A DNA stretch of 64,000 nucleotides from Patescibacteria group bacterium. Lineage in GTDB: Bacteria; Patescibacteriota; Minisyncoccia; UBA6257; GWB1-50-10. Numbering within the stretch: the stretch's first letter is position 1; each line of letters begins with the position of its first letter. Below, piece by piece: positions 1-9,160 of the stretch. The stretch covers positions 107,010 through 171,009 of the forward strand of contig JANBVK010000001.1 in NCBI GenBank assembly GCA_024239035.1, in the 5' to 3' direction. A program made the position numbers and the translations under genes. The notes beneath the pieces are model-generated. The model saw only the letters and a list, made by a program, of their open reading frames with translations. It did not search any database and was not told the DNA's origin.

Positions 1-815
1 CCATTAATTGAATCTCCGCCAGGCAATTGTTTTACTATGGCTGAATCTCCACTAGATAGTAAATCCAACCAACAAACCCCATATGAATCTTGACTGACAC
101 TGTAACCTGGATTCCATGAAGGATCTTTGGAAGCATCATTTTTTTGACGTAAATCATAAACTCCAAAATCTAAGAAGACATTTCCTTCAACACCCACTTG
201 TTCTCCAATTATCTCTCCTTCTACAACCTCTGCATCTTGTACTCCAGTAGTCTTGGAATCCCCTTCTATCGGTTCTGGAAATGTTTCTGCTATGGCGGCT
301 AATTTTGGTGAAAGTTTGTATAAATGATCAAATCTATACCAAATACCACAAGGATTTATGAAATCGAATAAATATTGGACTTCTCCGTCTTGTAAATATC
401 TGCTTCCTTCACTAATATAACCATCGAGAGGGGCCCTAACGATTACATCTTCTTTTTTAGAATTATCAAACCGGAATCCCCCATGGGGGTTGAAGGCCCC
501 ACCTCTTATTTGTCCTGGATAAAGTATAGATGTTGCTAAACTAACGTCTACTGGAGATTTCAGTACCAAAGGATCTGGACATGTTGGAGGATTTCCTTGG
601 CTACTCCACTCGTTACCATCATACCTCCAAGAAACTCTGCTTATGGGTCTACTATCATCTTCTTCAATAATATCTTCCCTAGTACTCTCTTGAAAACCAG
701 TACTTTCACCAGAATCTTCATATGTTTTAAACAAATTTGAGTTGTTAAACAAAAAAAATCCTCCAACGGCTAAAACTAATCCTAATACGATTCCAATGAT
801 TAATTCTTTTTTCAT
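1..815 (-). CDS. Membrane-anchored extracytoplasmic protein, partial (C-terminus beyond window start). N-terminal 50 aa are paralogous to the next gene.
   Basis: ATG at 813-815 (minus). Translation begins MKKELIIGIVLGLVLAVGGFFLFNNSN, near-identical to the N-terminus of ORF 817..2052. Open frame continues to position 1. Confidence 0.6.
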   Translation of the reverse strand, partial: MKKELIIGIVLGLVLAVGGFFLFNNSNLFKTYEDSGESTGFQESTREDIIEEDDSRPISRVSWRYDGNEWSSQGNPPTCPDPLVLKSPVDVSLATSILYPGQIRGGAFNPHGGFRFDNSKKEDVIVRAPLDGYISEGSRYLQDGEVQYLFDFINPCGIWYRFDHLYKLSPKLAAIAETFPEPIEGDSKTTGVQDAEVVEGEIIGEQVGVEGNVFLDFGVYDLRQKNDASKDPSWNPGYSVSQDSYGVCWLDLLSSGDSAIVKQLPGGDSIN

Positions 816-816
816 T

Positions 817-2052
817 TTATCTTTCTAATTCTTCAAAACTCTTAAAAGCCCATGAGCCTTCTCCACAATTCGGTTCTATATTTTCTCCTACCTTTAATGT
901 CGTCGGACTAGTTAATTGCACAAGAATGCTGATGGGCGATGGTTTTTTATGTAGGTCCGTCGATTTTTGATCGAGTAAATTATCGAAACAATAAATATTT
1001 TCATCTTTAATGTCTTTAAAGTCTCTATTAACTAATCCAGAATTTGTTGGTGTAAAGTAATAAACTGCCGGTTCTAAAGTTTCCAGGAATCCAATAGCCA
1101 TGGCTCCTATTGTTGAGTTCTGAAAATCGTGCATCAAAGAAAGTTCTGGTCTTATAAATTTACTTTTAGAATTTTTAACAAACCATGTTCCTTGAGCGGT
1201 CCCTTTTATATCCTGATTAACTTCCCCACAGATGGGGTTTGTTGTTCTTCTGTCTTCGCGTTCTCCTAATAAAGATTTGAGTTGTATTTTAAGATCAGCA
1301 TTAAAATAATCCAAAGGACACACAAGATACCTTTGCCATTTTTGCCATCTGGAGGTATTTGCATAGTCTAATTCTTTTTCTCTGTAATCTGACAAACTGA
1401 AATCCAAGGGGCGCTGCCAAAATAATTTTCCCATAGTTCCCAATTGTTCCCCTGCAGAAACTTTAATGCTTAACTTTTTTGTACAAGTATGCCCTTTAAA
1501 TCTGCCAAATTCGTAATCCTCACAACGCTCATATGGAGGTTTTATTTCTAATTTTAATTTATCTGAAACAGTTGACAGGTGCAGGAAAAAACCTTCAACT
1601 TCTTTGCATGGAGAAAAATGAAGCGAATAGTCTTTGGAATTTGGAACTGGTTTTGCCATATCGTCCTCAATTATTTCTGTGATCCACATGTCTCCCGGAG
1701 AATAAAAAGCTCTTTCTATTGGTGCATCCTCTTCGGTTCTATAGGTATAAAGGTAAACGTGGTCAGTTGGATAGATATGTTCCGGGGCTTCACCAATAAA
1801 GCCTAAAGGTCTTATGTACCATAAGTCATCAAAGTTAATTGGTGTTTCTGTAAACAAATCTTTTCTACCCTCACAAGAAGGAATATCCAAAGATGTTTTT
1901 TGAAATTGGTCTTCCCTTACGTTTTCTTGAAAATCACTAATTTCACCAGAACCTTCATATTTTTTAAACGAGTTTGAGTTATTAAACAAAAAAAATCCTC
2001 CGACTGCTAAAATTAAAACTACTATAATTCCAATTATCAGCCCTTTTTTCAT
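817..2052 (-). CDS. Membrane-anchored hypothetical extracytoplasmic protein (N-terminal TM anchor, divergent ectodomain)
   Basis: 411-aa ORF with an N-terminal hydrophobic anchor MKKGLIIGIIVVLILAVGGFFLF. Tandem paralog of the upstream partial gene. 4-nt overlap with the next gene. Confidence 0.6.
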   Translation of the reverse strand: MKKGLIIGIIVVLILAVGGFFLFNNSNSFKKYEGSGEISDFQENVREDQFQKTSLDIPSCEGRKDLFTETPINFDDLWYIRPLGFIGEAPEHIYPTDHVYLYTYRTEEDAPIERAFYSPGDMWITEIIEDDMAKPVPNSKDYSLHFSPCKEVEGFFLHLSTVSDKLKLEIKPPYERCEDYEFGRFKGHTCTKKLSIKVSAGEQLGTMGKLFWQRPLDFSLSDYREKELDYANTSRWQKWQRYLVCPLDYFNADLKIQLKSLLGEREDRRTTNPICGEVNQDIKGTAQGTWFVKNSKSKFIRPELSLMHDFQNSTIGAMAIGFLETLEPAVYYFTPTNSGLVNRDFKDIKDENIYCFDNLLDQKSTDLHKKPSPISILVQLTSPTTLKVGENIEPNCGEGSWAFKSFEELER

Positions 2053-3569
2053 AGTCCCATTAACCTATCTGCATTTTTATAAGCGAATTTTTCCTGAATC
2101 TCCGGGCTGAGTCCTCCTATGAAGTCTCTCGCAAACCATGTAACTTCGCCGTATACATCGTCATCGAAATGCCAAGAATAGAGGGCATCTGTTCCCCACA
2201 TTATTCTGTCTGGGTGGGCCTCTATTAGTGGCTTCCAGTAACGTAGTGCAGATGCTAAAATCCTATGATACATTTCATCGGAGTGTAAATTATTCAGGAA
2301 TTCTTCCTTGGTCATACCATCTATAGGTAGGCTATATGGATACATCAAACCCGCATCTATTGAGTAGTAGATATTATCATGCTCCCGGATAAGAAGCGGA
2401 ATAATTTTCTCCACCCCCTCATCACTATGCAGAAGGACTTTTGTTTTAGGATTGTCTCGTAACGCGTCATGTAAGTCATCAAGGTCACTCTCTCTTGGAT
2501 GAATCATGACTACTAAATTATTCAGAGCGGCGTAATCATAGAGCTCATACATCTCATCATCATTCAACCGAATATCCTTGTAGAGAGGATTTTCACTATC
2601 CACATGTATCTCGCCTATTCCTTTAATAGGATATTTTTTGACGTAGTCATCTATCAATTTTGTTGTAAAATACTTTCTCGACTTAATACCACTAAGACTA
2701 TCGGGAAAAAGGAAAGGATGTATTCTACCACAATATCTATTACCTATTTCCATGGCCTGCTTCAAAAAGGGATTAGTCCATTTTTTTTCTCTAATAACAA
2801 AAAAGTCATGGTTTAATGGAAGGAAACCGATTAAGCCGGTGACACCAAGAGTATCAAACATAGTAAAGATTTCATCTGCGTTATCTGAATTTATCAAGAG
2901 TTTAGTGTACTCAATTCCTTCCGGTGAATCTTGTGAATCTTGACCGGTTAGATGGAGATGTGCATCAAACAACGGACCGTCGTATTTCTCTTCAGGAAAA
3001 GATAGAGGTGAGGAGAGAAGGTTTGTATCAAGAATAAATGTTTTTGCGCTATCTTCTCCAATTCCATCGTGAACGAATCGGGCTATCTCTTTAGTAGAGT
3101 TGCCAACGACAGAGTAAAGTTTGTAGATGGTAGTTCCTGTCCCCTCTTTATTTATTTTAAATGTGGCGATGTCGCCATATTTCTGGACAATCGCATCATA
3201 CTCTGCAGTTATTGGAGGAAGAATATCTTCATTTGTCTCTGGTCTGGAGAGTTCATAAACAGTGAGCCCATCCACACTTACGTTCTTATCAGAGTTGGAT
3301 TCTTTATGTGGGATGTAGCTGGCAACCGTTACAGACTGAAGACCTTCCACTTCCACACTTGTCCATAAAGACGTTGTCTCAACGTTGACCTTCACTAGAT
3401 ACGTATCAGGAGGAGAGCCAAGAGTATTGGGTTCTGCGTTATATTCAAACGGCTTTTCAGTAATGACGCATGGTTCATTAAAATTATTCTCAATCTGTTT
3501 ATCTATAAAGAACGCTCCTCCCGCAATCACTCCAATAATAACTGGCACGAGAATTAATAGTTTTTTCAT
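2049..3569 (-). CDS. Membrane-anchored amidohydrolase-superfamily protein (HxH metal-binding motif)
   Basis: Motifs DAHLHLTG and GEIHVD are typical of metal-dependent amidohydrolases of the TatD/amidohydrolase-2 type. Likely start at the MKKLLILVPVIIGVIAGGAFF signal-anchor (3569) rather than the ORF-track start at 3665. Confidence 0.55.
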   Translation of the reverse strand: MKKLLILVPVIIGVIAGGAFFIDKQIENNFNEPCVITEKPFEYNAEPNTLGSPPDTYLVKVNVETTSLWTSVEVEGLQSVTVASYIPHKESNSDKNVSVDGLTVYELSRPETNEDILPPITAEYDAIVQKYGDIATFKINKEGTGTTIYKLYSVVGNSTKEIARFVHDGIGEDSAKTFILDTNLLSSPLSFPEEKYDGPLFDAHLHLTGQDSQDSPEGIEYTKLLINSDNADEIFTMFDTLGVTGLIGFLPLNHDFFVIREKKWTNPFLKQAMEIGNRYCGRIHPFLFPDSLSGIKSRKYFTTKLIDDYVKKYPIKGIGEIHVDSENPLYKDIRLNDDEMYELYDYAALNNLVVMIHPRESDLDDLHDALRDNPKTKVLLHSDEGVEKIIPLLIREHDNIYYSIDAGLMYPYSLPIDGMTKEEFLNNLHSDEMYHRILASALRYWKPLIEAHPDRIMWGTDALYSWHFDDDVYGEVTWFARDFIGGLSPEIQEKFAYKNADRLMGL

Positions 3570-3671
3570 ATTCAAGTTTATTTTTAAGTTTGCCATTACT
3601 TGTCTTGTACAAAAAGCCTTTTTAAAAATCCTGACACAAATCCCCGATTCTAGCAATTTATACAATAAAAA

Positions 3672-3762
3672 CCTAACGGCTCAACGACGGGTGTCGTTGA
3701 GCCGTTAAGATTACACCATCCGCCACGTCCTCACTTCATCTACGTACATAAGCGTGGACGGT
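3672..3762. repeat. Two-hairpin intergenic repeat, copy 1 (perfect 14-bp stem AACGGCTCAACGAC/GTCGTTGAGCCGTT)
   Basis: About 90 bp nearly identical to 36377..36466. The first hairpin is perfect here; the second is degenerate here but perfect in copy 2. Confidence 0.6.
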
Positions 3763-3789
3763 TAGAGCTCACATTGATATGATGGGGTT

Positions 3790-4908
3790 ATGACATCAAA
3801 ATCTAAAAAAATTGTTAGTAAATTATTTACGGAAGCCGATATAAAAATTAACGGCAGCCGGCCGTGGGACATTCAGACACACAACGAAAAACTTTTTGAC
3901 CGTCTAATAAACCAGGGTTCTATGGGTTTGGGAGAGTCTTATATGGACGGCTGGTGGGACACAGAAAAACTCGATCAGTTTTTTTACAAGATTTTTAGCG
4001 CTGGATTAGATAAAAAAATTAAGTACGACTGGAACCTTATCTTTGCATACTTAAAATCCAAGATACTAAACACGCAGACAAAACAACGAGCCAGGAAGGT
4101 GGCTGAAGAACACTATGATCTCAGCGCAGAGCTGTATGAATCGTTCCTGGATCCATATAATCAATACACGTGTGGATACTTCAAAAACACTAAAGATCTC
4201 AATAAAGCGCAGGAGCAAAAGCTTCGTCTTATCTGTGAGAAATTGCAGCTTTCGCCGCAAGATAAAGTCCTGGATATTGGCTGTGGCTGGGGAGGATTTG
4301 CTAAATTTGCTTCCGAACACTACAACTGTCATGTTACCGGCTTGACCATCTCAGATAAGCAGCTTAAATACGCCAAAAAATATTGCCGAGGACTTCCGGT
4401 TAAAATCATTAAATCAGACTACAGAGACATCAGCGGCAAATACGATAAAATAGTGATTTGCGGCATGATAGAGCACGTTGGCTATAAAAATTACAGGACT
4501 ATCATGAAAGTTGTTCACCGTTCTTTAAAAGATGATGGTCTTTTTCTATTACATACCATCGGAGGAAATACTTCAGTGACCACCGCAGATCCATGGATAT
4601 TAAAATATATTTTCCCGAATTCTATGCTTCCATCGATCAAACAAATTTCCTCCGCGACAGAGAGGCTGTTCGTTATTGAAGATTGGCACAATTTTAGTAC
4701 GCATTACTATAAAACATTGATGGCTTGGTTCGATAACTTTGATCGCAACTGGCAGAAATTAAAATCTCAATATGATGAACGTTTCTATCGAATGTGGAAA
4801 TACTATTTACTTTCTTTTGCAGGATCATTTCAGGCGCGTAAAAATCAGCTCTGGCAAATCGTATTCTCAAAGAAGGGTTTGCCGGGCGGATACACTTCAA
4901 TCAGGTAA
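3790..4908 (+). CDS. cfa: Cyclopropane-fatty-acyl-phospholipid synthase (SAM-dependent methyltransferase)
   Basis: LDIGCGWGGFAKFASEHYNCHVTGLTISDKQLKYAK SAM-binding motif. Overall CFA-synthase-like sequence and length (372 aa). Confidence 0.85.
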   Translation: MTSKSKKIVSKLFTEADIKINGSRPWDIQTHNEKLFDRLINQGSMGLGESYMDGWWDTEKLDQFFYKIFSAGLDKKIKYDWNLIFAYLKSKILNTQTKQRARKVAEEHYDLSAELYESFLDPYNQYTCGYFKNTKDLNKAQEQKLRLICEKLQLSPQDKVLDIGCGWGGFAKFASEHYNCHVTGLTISDKQLKYAKKYCRGLPVKIIKSDYRDISGKYDKIVICGMIEHVGYKNYRTIMKVVHRSLKDDGLFLLHTIGGNTSVTTADPWILKYIFPNSMLPSIKQISSATERLFVIEDWHNFSTHYYKTLMAWFDNFDRNWQKLKSQYDERFYRMWKYYLLSFAGSFQARKNQLWQIVFSKKGLPGGYTSIR

Positions 4909-4963
4909 CCAGTTTTCTAGACAACTGACTAGTGATTCAGTAAACTAGACATAAGAAAACACC

Positions 4964-5608
4964 ATGAATAAACTCTATATTTTTCTAATCTTAGTAATTC
5001 TAATTTTAACAGGCAGTTATTTTATATTTGCCCGAGACACAGAAGAAAAACCTATAAACAATAATACATCAACCCCACCTACAACCAACACGATAACCCC
5101 ACCTACAACTGAACCTACAACTAACATGATTGCAACAATAAAAACTAATTTCGGCGAGATTAAACTGGAGCTTTTCGATAAAGACGCGCCAAAGACGGTA
5201 GAAAATTTCGTGAAACTCGCCGAGTCCGGCTTTTATGACGGCGTAAAATTCCATCGGGTAATCAAAGGATTTATGATCCAGGGCGGCGACCCTCTAAGTA
5301 AGGATGATTCCCTTAAAAACAGATGGGGCACAGGCGGCCCCGGCTACACTTTCGAAGACGAAATCCACGCAAATAACCGCAACGTCGCAGGCACCATCTC
5401 TATGGCGAACGCCGGCCCGGACACTAACGGCAGCCAGTTCTTCATTAACACTGCTAACAATAACTCTCTTGATGCCAAACACACCGTTTTCGGCAAAGTA
5501 ATAGCAGGAATGGATGTCGTTCAAAGCATTGAAAATACTGCGACCGCCGGCCCCGACCGCCCCGTCGACGACGTAATAATTGAAAGCGTCAAGATTACAG
5601 GCAACTAA
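4964..5608 (+). CDS. ppiB: Peptidyl-prolyl cis-trans isomerase, cyclophilin type, with N-terminal signal/anchor and Thr/Pro-rich linker
   Basis: [34 protein letters not shown] and HTVFGKV cyclophilin motifs. Confidence 0.85.
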   Translation: MNKLYIFLILVILILTGSYFIFARDTEEKPINNNTSTPPTTNTITPPTTEPTTNMIATIKTNFGEIKLELFDKDAPKTVENFVKLAESGFYDGVKFHRVIKGFMIQGGDPLSKDDSLKNRWGTGGPGYTFEDEIHANNRNVAGTISMANAGPDTNGSQFFINTANNNSLDAKHTVFGKVIAGMDVVQSIENTATAGPDRPVDDVIIESVKITGN

Positions 5609-5655
5609 CTAGTTCGCTAATTCCTGCCTGCCGGCAGGCACGGCGTACGAATGGT

Positions 5656-6783
5656 ATGCGCAAGGCGCTACTCATATTACTTTTCATCATTGTTATAGCC
5701 GGGGGACTGCTTTTTGTCTCTCGCGATAAACTTGAGAGAAATTTTTTTAAGCCAACCGATACTAGTCTGGAGAAAGGCGTGCAGGAGGTGCCAGACGAAG
5801 ATATTAAGATAATCGCTGAAGATCTCAACATTCCATGGGAAGTTGCTTTTTTACCGAGCGGCGAGATACTTGTTACCGAGCGTACAGGGACTCTTCTTAT
5901 AATCGGGGTGGATAGAATAAAAATTCCCATTGAAGGCGTCGAGCATGTCGGCGAAGGCGGGTTGCTCGGCCTTGCTCTACATCCTGACTTTAGTGAAAAT
6001 AAATGGATCTATCTCTACCTTACAACGAGAACCGACACGGGGCTTGTTAATCGTGTTGAGCGCTATCGCCTCTTTGAAAATCAACTCTCTGACAAAACGA
6101 CTATCATTGATAACATTCCGGGAGCTTTATTCCATGACGGCGGACGAATTGCCTTTGGTCCCGACGGATATTTGTACGTAACAACGGGAGACGCCGGAGA
6201 CGGTGCCTCAGCCCAAGATACGGAAGCGCTGTCAGGAAAAATTTTGCGACTGTCGGATGATGGATCAATCCCTCCAGGGAATCCATTTGGCAACGCCGTG
6301 TACTCATACGGCCATAGAAATGCTCAGGGTCTTGCGTGGGATACGGCAGGGAATCTTTGGGCAACAGAGCATGGAAGGTCAGGGACCCGTTCCGGATTTG
6401 ATGAGCTAAACTTTATAGAGAAGGGGCAGAATTACGGATGGCCGGTTATTCAAGGTGACGAGGAAAAAGAAGGAATGATAAATCCCGTCATCCACTCTGG
6501 TCCGGACGAGACATGGGCTCCTGCGGGGGCATTATATTATAACGGGAGCATCTTCTTTACAGGATTAAGAGGAGAATCTATTTACGAATCAGACATTCAA
6601 GACGGACGCGTCTCCGATATACGCATACATCTGCGGGGGAAGTTCGGCCGATTGCGTGCAATGAGCATTGGATCAGACGGCTTTTTTTACATCACGACTT
6701 CCAATACTGACGGGCGCGGTAAAAAACATATAGGAGACGATAAGATCATCCGGATCAATCCAACTATCTTTTCGTCAACTTAA
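5656..6783 (+). CDS. PQQ-dependent soluble sugar (aldose) dehydrogenase, beta-propeller (YliI/GSDH family)
   Basis: NIPWEVAFLPSGEILVTERTG, HDGGRIAFGPDGYLYVTTGD and GHRNAQGLAWD motifs are characteristic of the glucose/sorbosone dehydrogenase family. N-terminal TM/signal. Confidence 0.75.
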   Translation: MRKALLILLFIIVIAGGLLFVSRDKLERNFFKPTDTSLEKGVQEVPDEDIKIIAEDLNIPWEVAFLPSGEILVTERTGTLLIIGVDRIKIPIEGVEHVGEGGLLGLALHPDFSENKWIYLYLTTRTDTGLVNRVERYRLFENQLSDKTTIIDNIPGALFHDGGRIAFGPDGYLYVTTGDAGDGASAQDTEALSGKILRLSDDGSIPPGNPFGNAVYSYGHRNAQGLAWDTAGNLWATEHGRSGTRSGFDELNFIEKGQNYGWPVIQGDEEKEGMINPVIHSGPDETWAPAGALYYNGSIFFTGLRGESIYESDIQDGRVSDIRIHLRGKFGRLRAMSIGSDGFFYITTSNTDGRGKKHIGDDKIIRINPTIFSST

Positions 6784-6824
6784 TACCTTCCCCTACAACC
6801 CTCAGAACATTCCTTCCAAAAAGA

Positions 6825-6856
6825 AAAGACCTCGTCAACATATGGACGAGGTCTTT
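6825..6856. terminator. Bidirectional hairpin between convergent genes (12-bp perfect stem AAAGACCTCGTC/GACGAGGTCTTT)
   Basis: Inverted repeat located between the 3' ends of the + gene ending at 6783 and the - gene ending at 6855. Confidence 0.6.
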
Positions 6857-7460
6857 ACTGACCTAGCGCGAATCTCAGTTTCCGCGACTTTCGCGAAAGG
6901 AATGCAACAGTGCTATCCAATACCAGCCCCACAACCGGGTAGGCAAAATCCTGTGGCTGACCGCTGTAGCGGAGTGCGACCACAATGATTCCTAGAGCGA
7001 ACGCGCTCATCCACACATACCACGCAAGCGGCTCTTCATTGTTCGGATCCCGCCAGACACCTTCAATGGTCGGCAGAAACCCGATTGATATCGCCGTGAT
7101 TATGAGTAGGTTCGCATAAGTTGCCTCCCTACTCACCCACCACACGAAAATTGCAGCAAAACCAATAGTAAGAATGACTAACTCGTGTCTTGTGGGTCTT
7201 ACAAACTTATTGCGCAGGAGTACGCTCCAGAAAATGAGGGTTGCACCAATTGTCCCGGCAATCACCTGCAGCGACTTTACCCAATCAGCGCTCATTGCGA
7301 AGTACGAACCGGCATTTAAACTCATCAAAAAGAACACGATCATCCATGTCACAACATTCGGCCTCGAGCTCCCCTTCTGTGCTTGGTGGTTATAGAGTAT
7401 ATACGCTAAAAGATGAAGAACTGCGACAACAACACCCAAATAAGTGGTGAATCGTTCCAA
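6855..7460 (-). CDS. Hypothetical polytopic membrane protein
   Basis: 201-aa ORF with about 5-6 hydrophobic segments. No recognisable catalytic motif. Confidence 0.5.
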   Translation of the reverse strand: MERFTTYLGVVVAVLHLLAYILYNHQAQKGSSRPNVVTWMIVFFLMSLNAGSYFAMSADWVKSLQVIAGTIGATLIFWSVLLRNKFVRPTRHELVILTIGFAAIFVWWVSREATYANLLIITAISIGFLPTIEGVWRDPNNEEPLAWYVWMSAFALGIIVVALRYSGQPQDFAYPVVGLVLDSTVAFLSRKSRKLRFALGQ

Positions 7461-7655
7461 GAGTCACTCTCCTTTCATTTAAGATTCCTTGTTTTAGAGC
7501 TTTCTAGAAAATAAGGCAATATTATGGTTATGTCAAACAAAAACATCGGCTCAGACCTGTTTGAGCCGATGTCTTGATATATCGTTCTGATATAATTACT
7601 CTATACAACCAAGAAATTAGAGAACCTCCTTAAATCCCTCTAGAATCAAACGTAT

Positions 7656-8252
7656 ATGGAAAAGCCAAATACGGACACAACGGACACAAGAAAGAAACCT
7701 CTTATTTTAGTACTGGGGGGGACTTACGGCGTGGGTAAAACTACTCTCGCTCACCAGCTCTCTAAAGAATTAAATATCCCCCACCAAGCCGGCTTGGGTT
7801 TTTGCTACTATACTCTTAAAACTCTCCTACCAGATAATCCAATTGTTAAAAATTGGGGACTGTATAATACGTCAAATAAAACCTCCATAAAGAGAATATT
7901 ATTCCGGGAAGCCAAGTTAATTAGCAAAGTTATTCACACTCTTATAGATTCCGCCACTAAAACGGGAGAAAATTACATAATAGAGGGTCTCCAATTACTT
8001 CCTAAATACCTTCCTTTTGAGAAAATTCGCTACTGCGTTCTTACTGTTACCGATGCTGACGAATACAAAAGACGATTTGAACACCCCACAGAAACAAGAA
8101 CGAAACGCTTAAACAGCTCTACTCTCGAGATCGCAAAAACCATTGAAGAAATAATCCTAGAAGAGGCAGCACCTTACAATGTCCCTGTTTTTGATAATGT
8201 TTCACTAATCAGCGAAACATCGCAAAAAATTAGGGAGCATTTTGGGATTTAG
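7656..8252 (+). CDS. P-loop NTPase/kinase-like protein (Walker A GGTYGVGKTT)
   Basis: LVLGGTYGVGKTTLA Walker A near the N-terminus. Size and layout resemble small nucleotide/2-phosphoglycerate-kinase-like P-loop proteins. Confidence 0.5.
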   Translation: MEKPNTDTTDTRKKPLILVLGGTYGVGKTTLAHQLSKELNIPHQAGLGFCYYTLKTLLPDNPIVKNWGLYNTSNKTSIKRILFREAKLISKVIHTLIDSATKTGENYIIEGLQLLPKYLPFEKIRYCVLTVTDADEYKRRFEHPTETRTKRLNSSTLEIAKTIEEIILEEAAPYNVPVFDNVSLISETSQKIREHFGI

Positions 8253-8977
8253 GGTCTGCGTTTCCGCAACCGAATTTTCTTAACTCGCTCAAATAGTGGC
8301 TGATAAAGGTCTTCTCTGGGGTCAATATATAATTCCTGACGCGACGGCGCCCGATCAGTAAAGACGACCGGCGCCTCTTTGATAATGGTAAGTGGCTGCC
8401 GCTCGGCCCCCTCCCCCATAACCAAAATAGCAGCAGTAGCCAAACTGTCAGCCACGTCGGTCTTCGTTCGCTTCATAGTGCGGCCAAAAATATCCTTACT
8501 GCCGCGATAATCACGGATTCCTTCAAAACCGGCATACCCGAGCGCCACACCCATAATACTGGAACATAAAGGATATAAATGGCTATCAGTAATTAATACT
8601 CCTAACTTTTTTACGCCGTAATGTTTCTGCAGTTTTTTACGAATTATCCGAGCCGTCCGAAAACTATCTTTTGGCAACAACGCTAACTTACCGTCTGCAT
8701 TCGACCGATCAATGCCGGCAGACCTCATAACCACACCATCTTTAATGGTAAGCCATGCATATTTTGTCCTCATCACCCACTGGCTCTCTTTTTTAATTAA
8801 CTGTTCTTTAGTTTTTTTATTGATAATTCGTCGTGTTCTCCCCTCGGAAAAAGACACTATTTTTGACGTAATAACCAAAATGGATTTTTCAGACAACCGC
8901 GGTACCTTTCCGACAATAAAATCAAAAAGATCCTCCCCTTCTCTAAAAATCCGAGTTTTAATTGGTTGCACATTCAT
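8249..8977 (-). CDS. F420-0:gamma-glutamyl ligase (CofE)-like family protein
   Basis: ITSKIVSFSEGR and LITDSHLYP segments resemble the CofE/F420-ligase fold. Probable ATG at 8975-8977 preceded by AGGAG; the ORF-track start (8995) is a GTG. Confidence 0.45.
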   Translation of the reverse strand: MNVQPIKTRIFREGEDLFDFIVGKVPRLSEKSILVITSKIVSFSEGRTRRIINKKTKEQLIKKESQWVMRTKYAWLTIKDGVVMRSAGIDRSNADGKLALLPKDSFRTARIIRKKLQKHYGVKKLGVLITDSHLYPLCSSIMGVALGYAGFEGIRDYRGSKDIFGRTMKRTKTDVADSLATAAILVMGEGAERQPLTIIKEAPVVFTDRAPSRQELYIDPREDLYQPLFERVKKIRLRKRRP

Positions 8978-8988
8978 GGATGCTCCTA

Positions 8989-9056
8989 CCCCCACACCTA
9001 ATGAGGATTGCGAAGCTCACGCTTCGTAAGAAGCAAATCCTCATTAGGTGTGGGGG
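8989..9056. promoter_or_regulatory. Long perfect inverted repeat (21-bp arms CCCCCACACCTAATGAGGATT ... AATCCTCATTAGGTGTGGGGG, 26-nt loop with an inner hairpin) just upstream of the CofE-like start and its AGGAG
   Basis: Seen directly in the sequence. Sits between the upstream terminator and the start codon. Confidence 0.5.
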
Positions 9057-9094
9057 GTAATTACTCGATAATAACGAAAAAGGTTTCTTTATGC

Positions 9095-9137
9095 AAAACA
9101 AAAAGGGTGCTTGAGACCTGAATCTCAAACACCCCCC
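9095..9137 (-). terminator. Rho-independent terminator of gene 9161..9625 (hairpin GGGTGCTTGAGA...TCTCAAACACCC followed by a T-run on the minus strand)
   Basis: GC-rich hairpin plus a TTTTTGTTTT run in the minus orientation, 25 nt after the stop. Confidence 0.6.
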
Positions 9138-9160
9138 TTTACTACACCCTTCGTGAAATC

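Noticed and set aside
1579-4345. Numerous 60-110-aa ORFs inside or antisense to larger genes (e.g. 1579..1806+, 2604..2816+, 3069..3368+, 4066..4332-)
   Set aside because: Fully nested in well-supported longer genes on the opposite strand or in another frame, with no motifs. Treated as noise.
7656-8252. P-loop protein as a zeta-toxin or AbiEii-type toxin of a TA system
   Set aside because: No adjacent small antitoxin-like gene. The convergent neighbour is a metabolic-type enzyme. Insufficient evidence.
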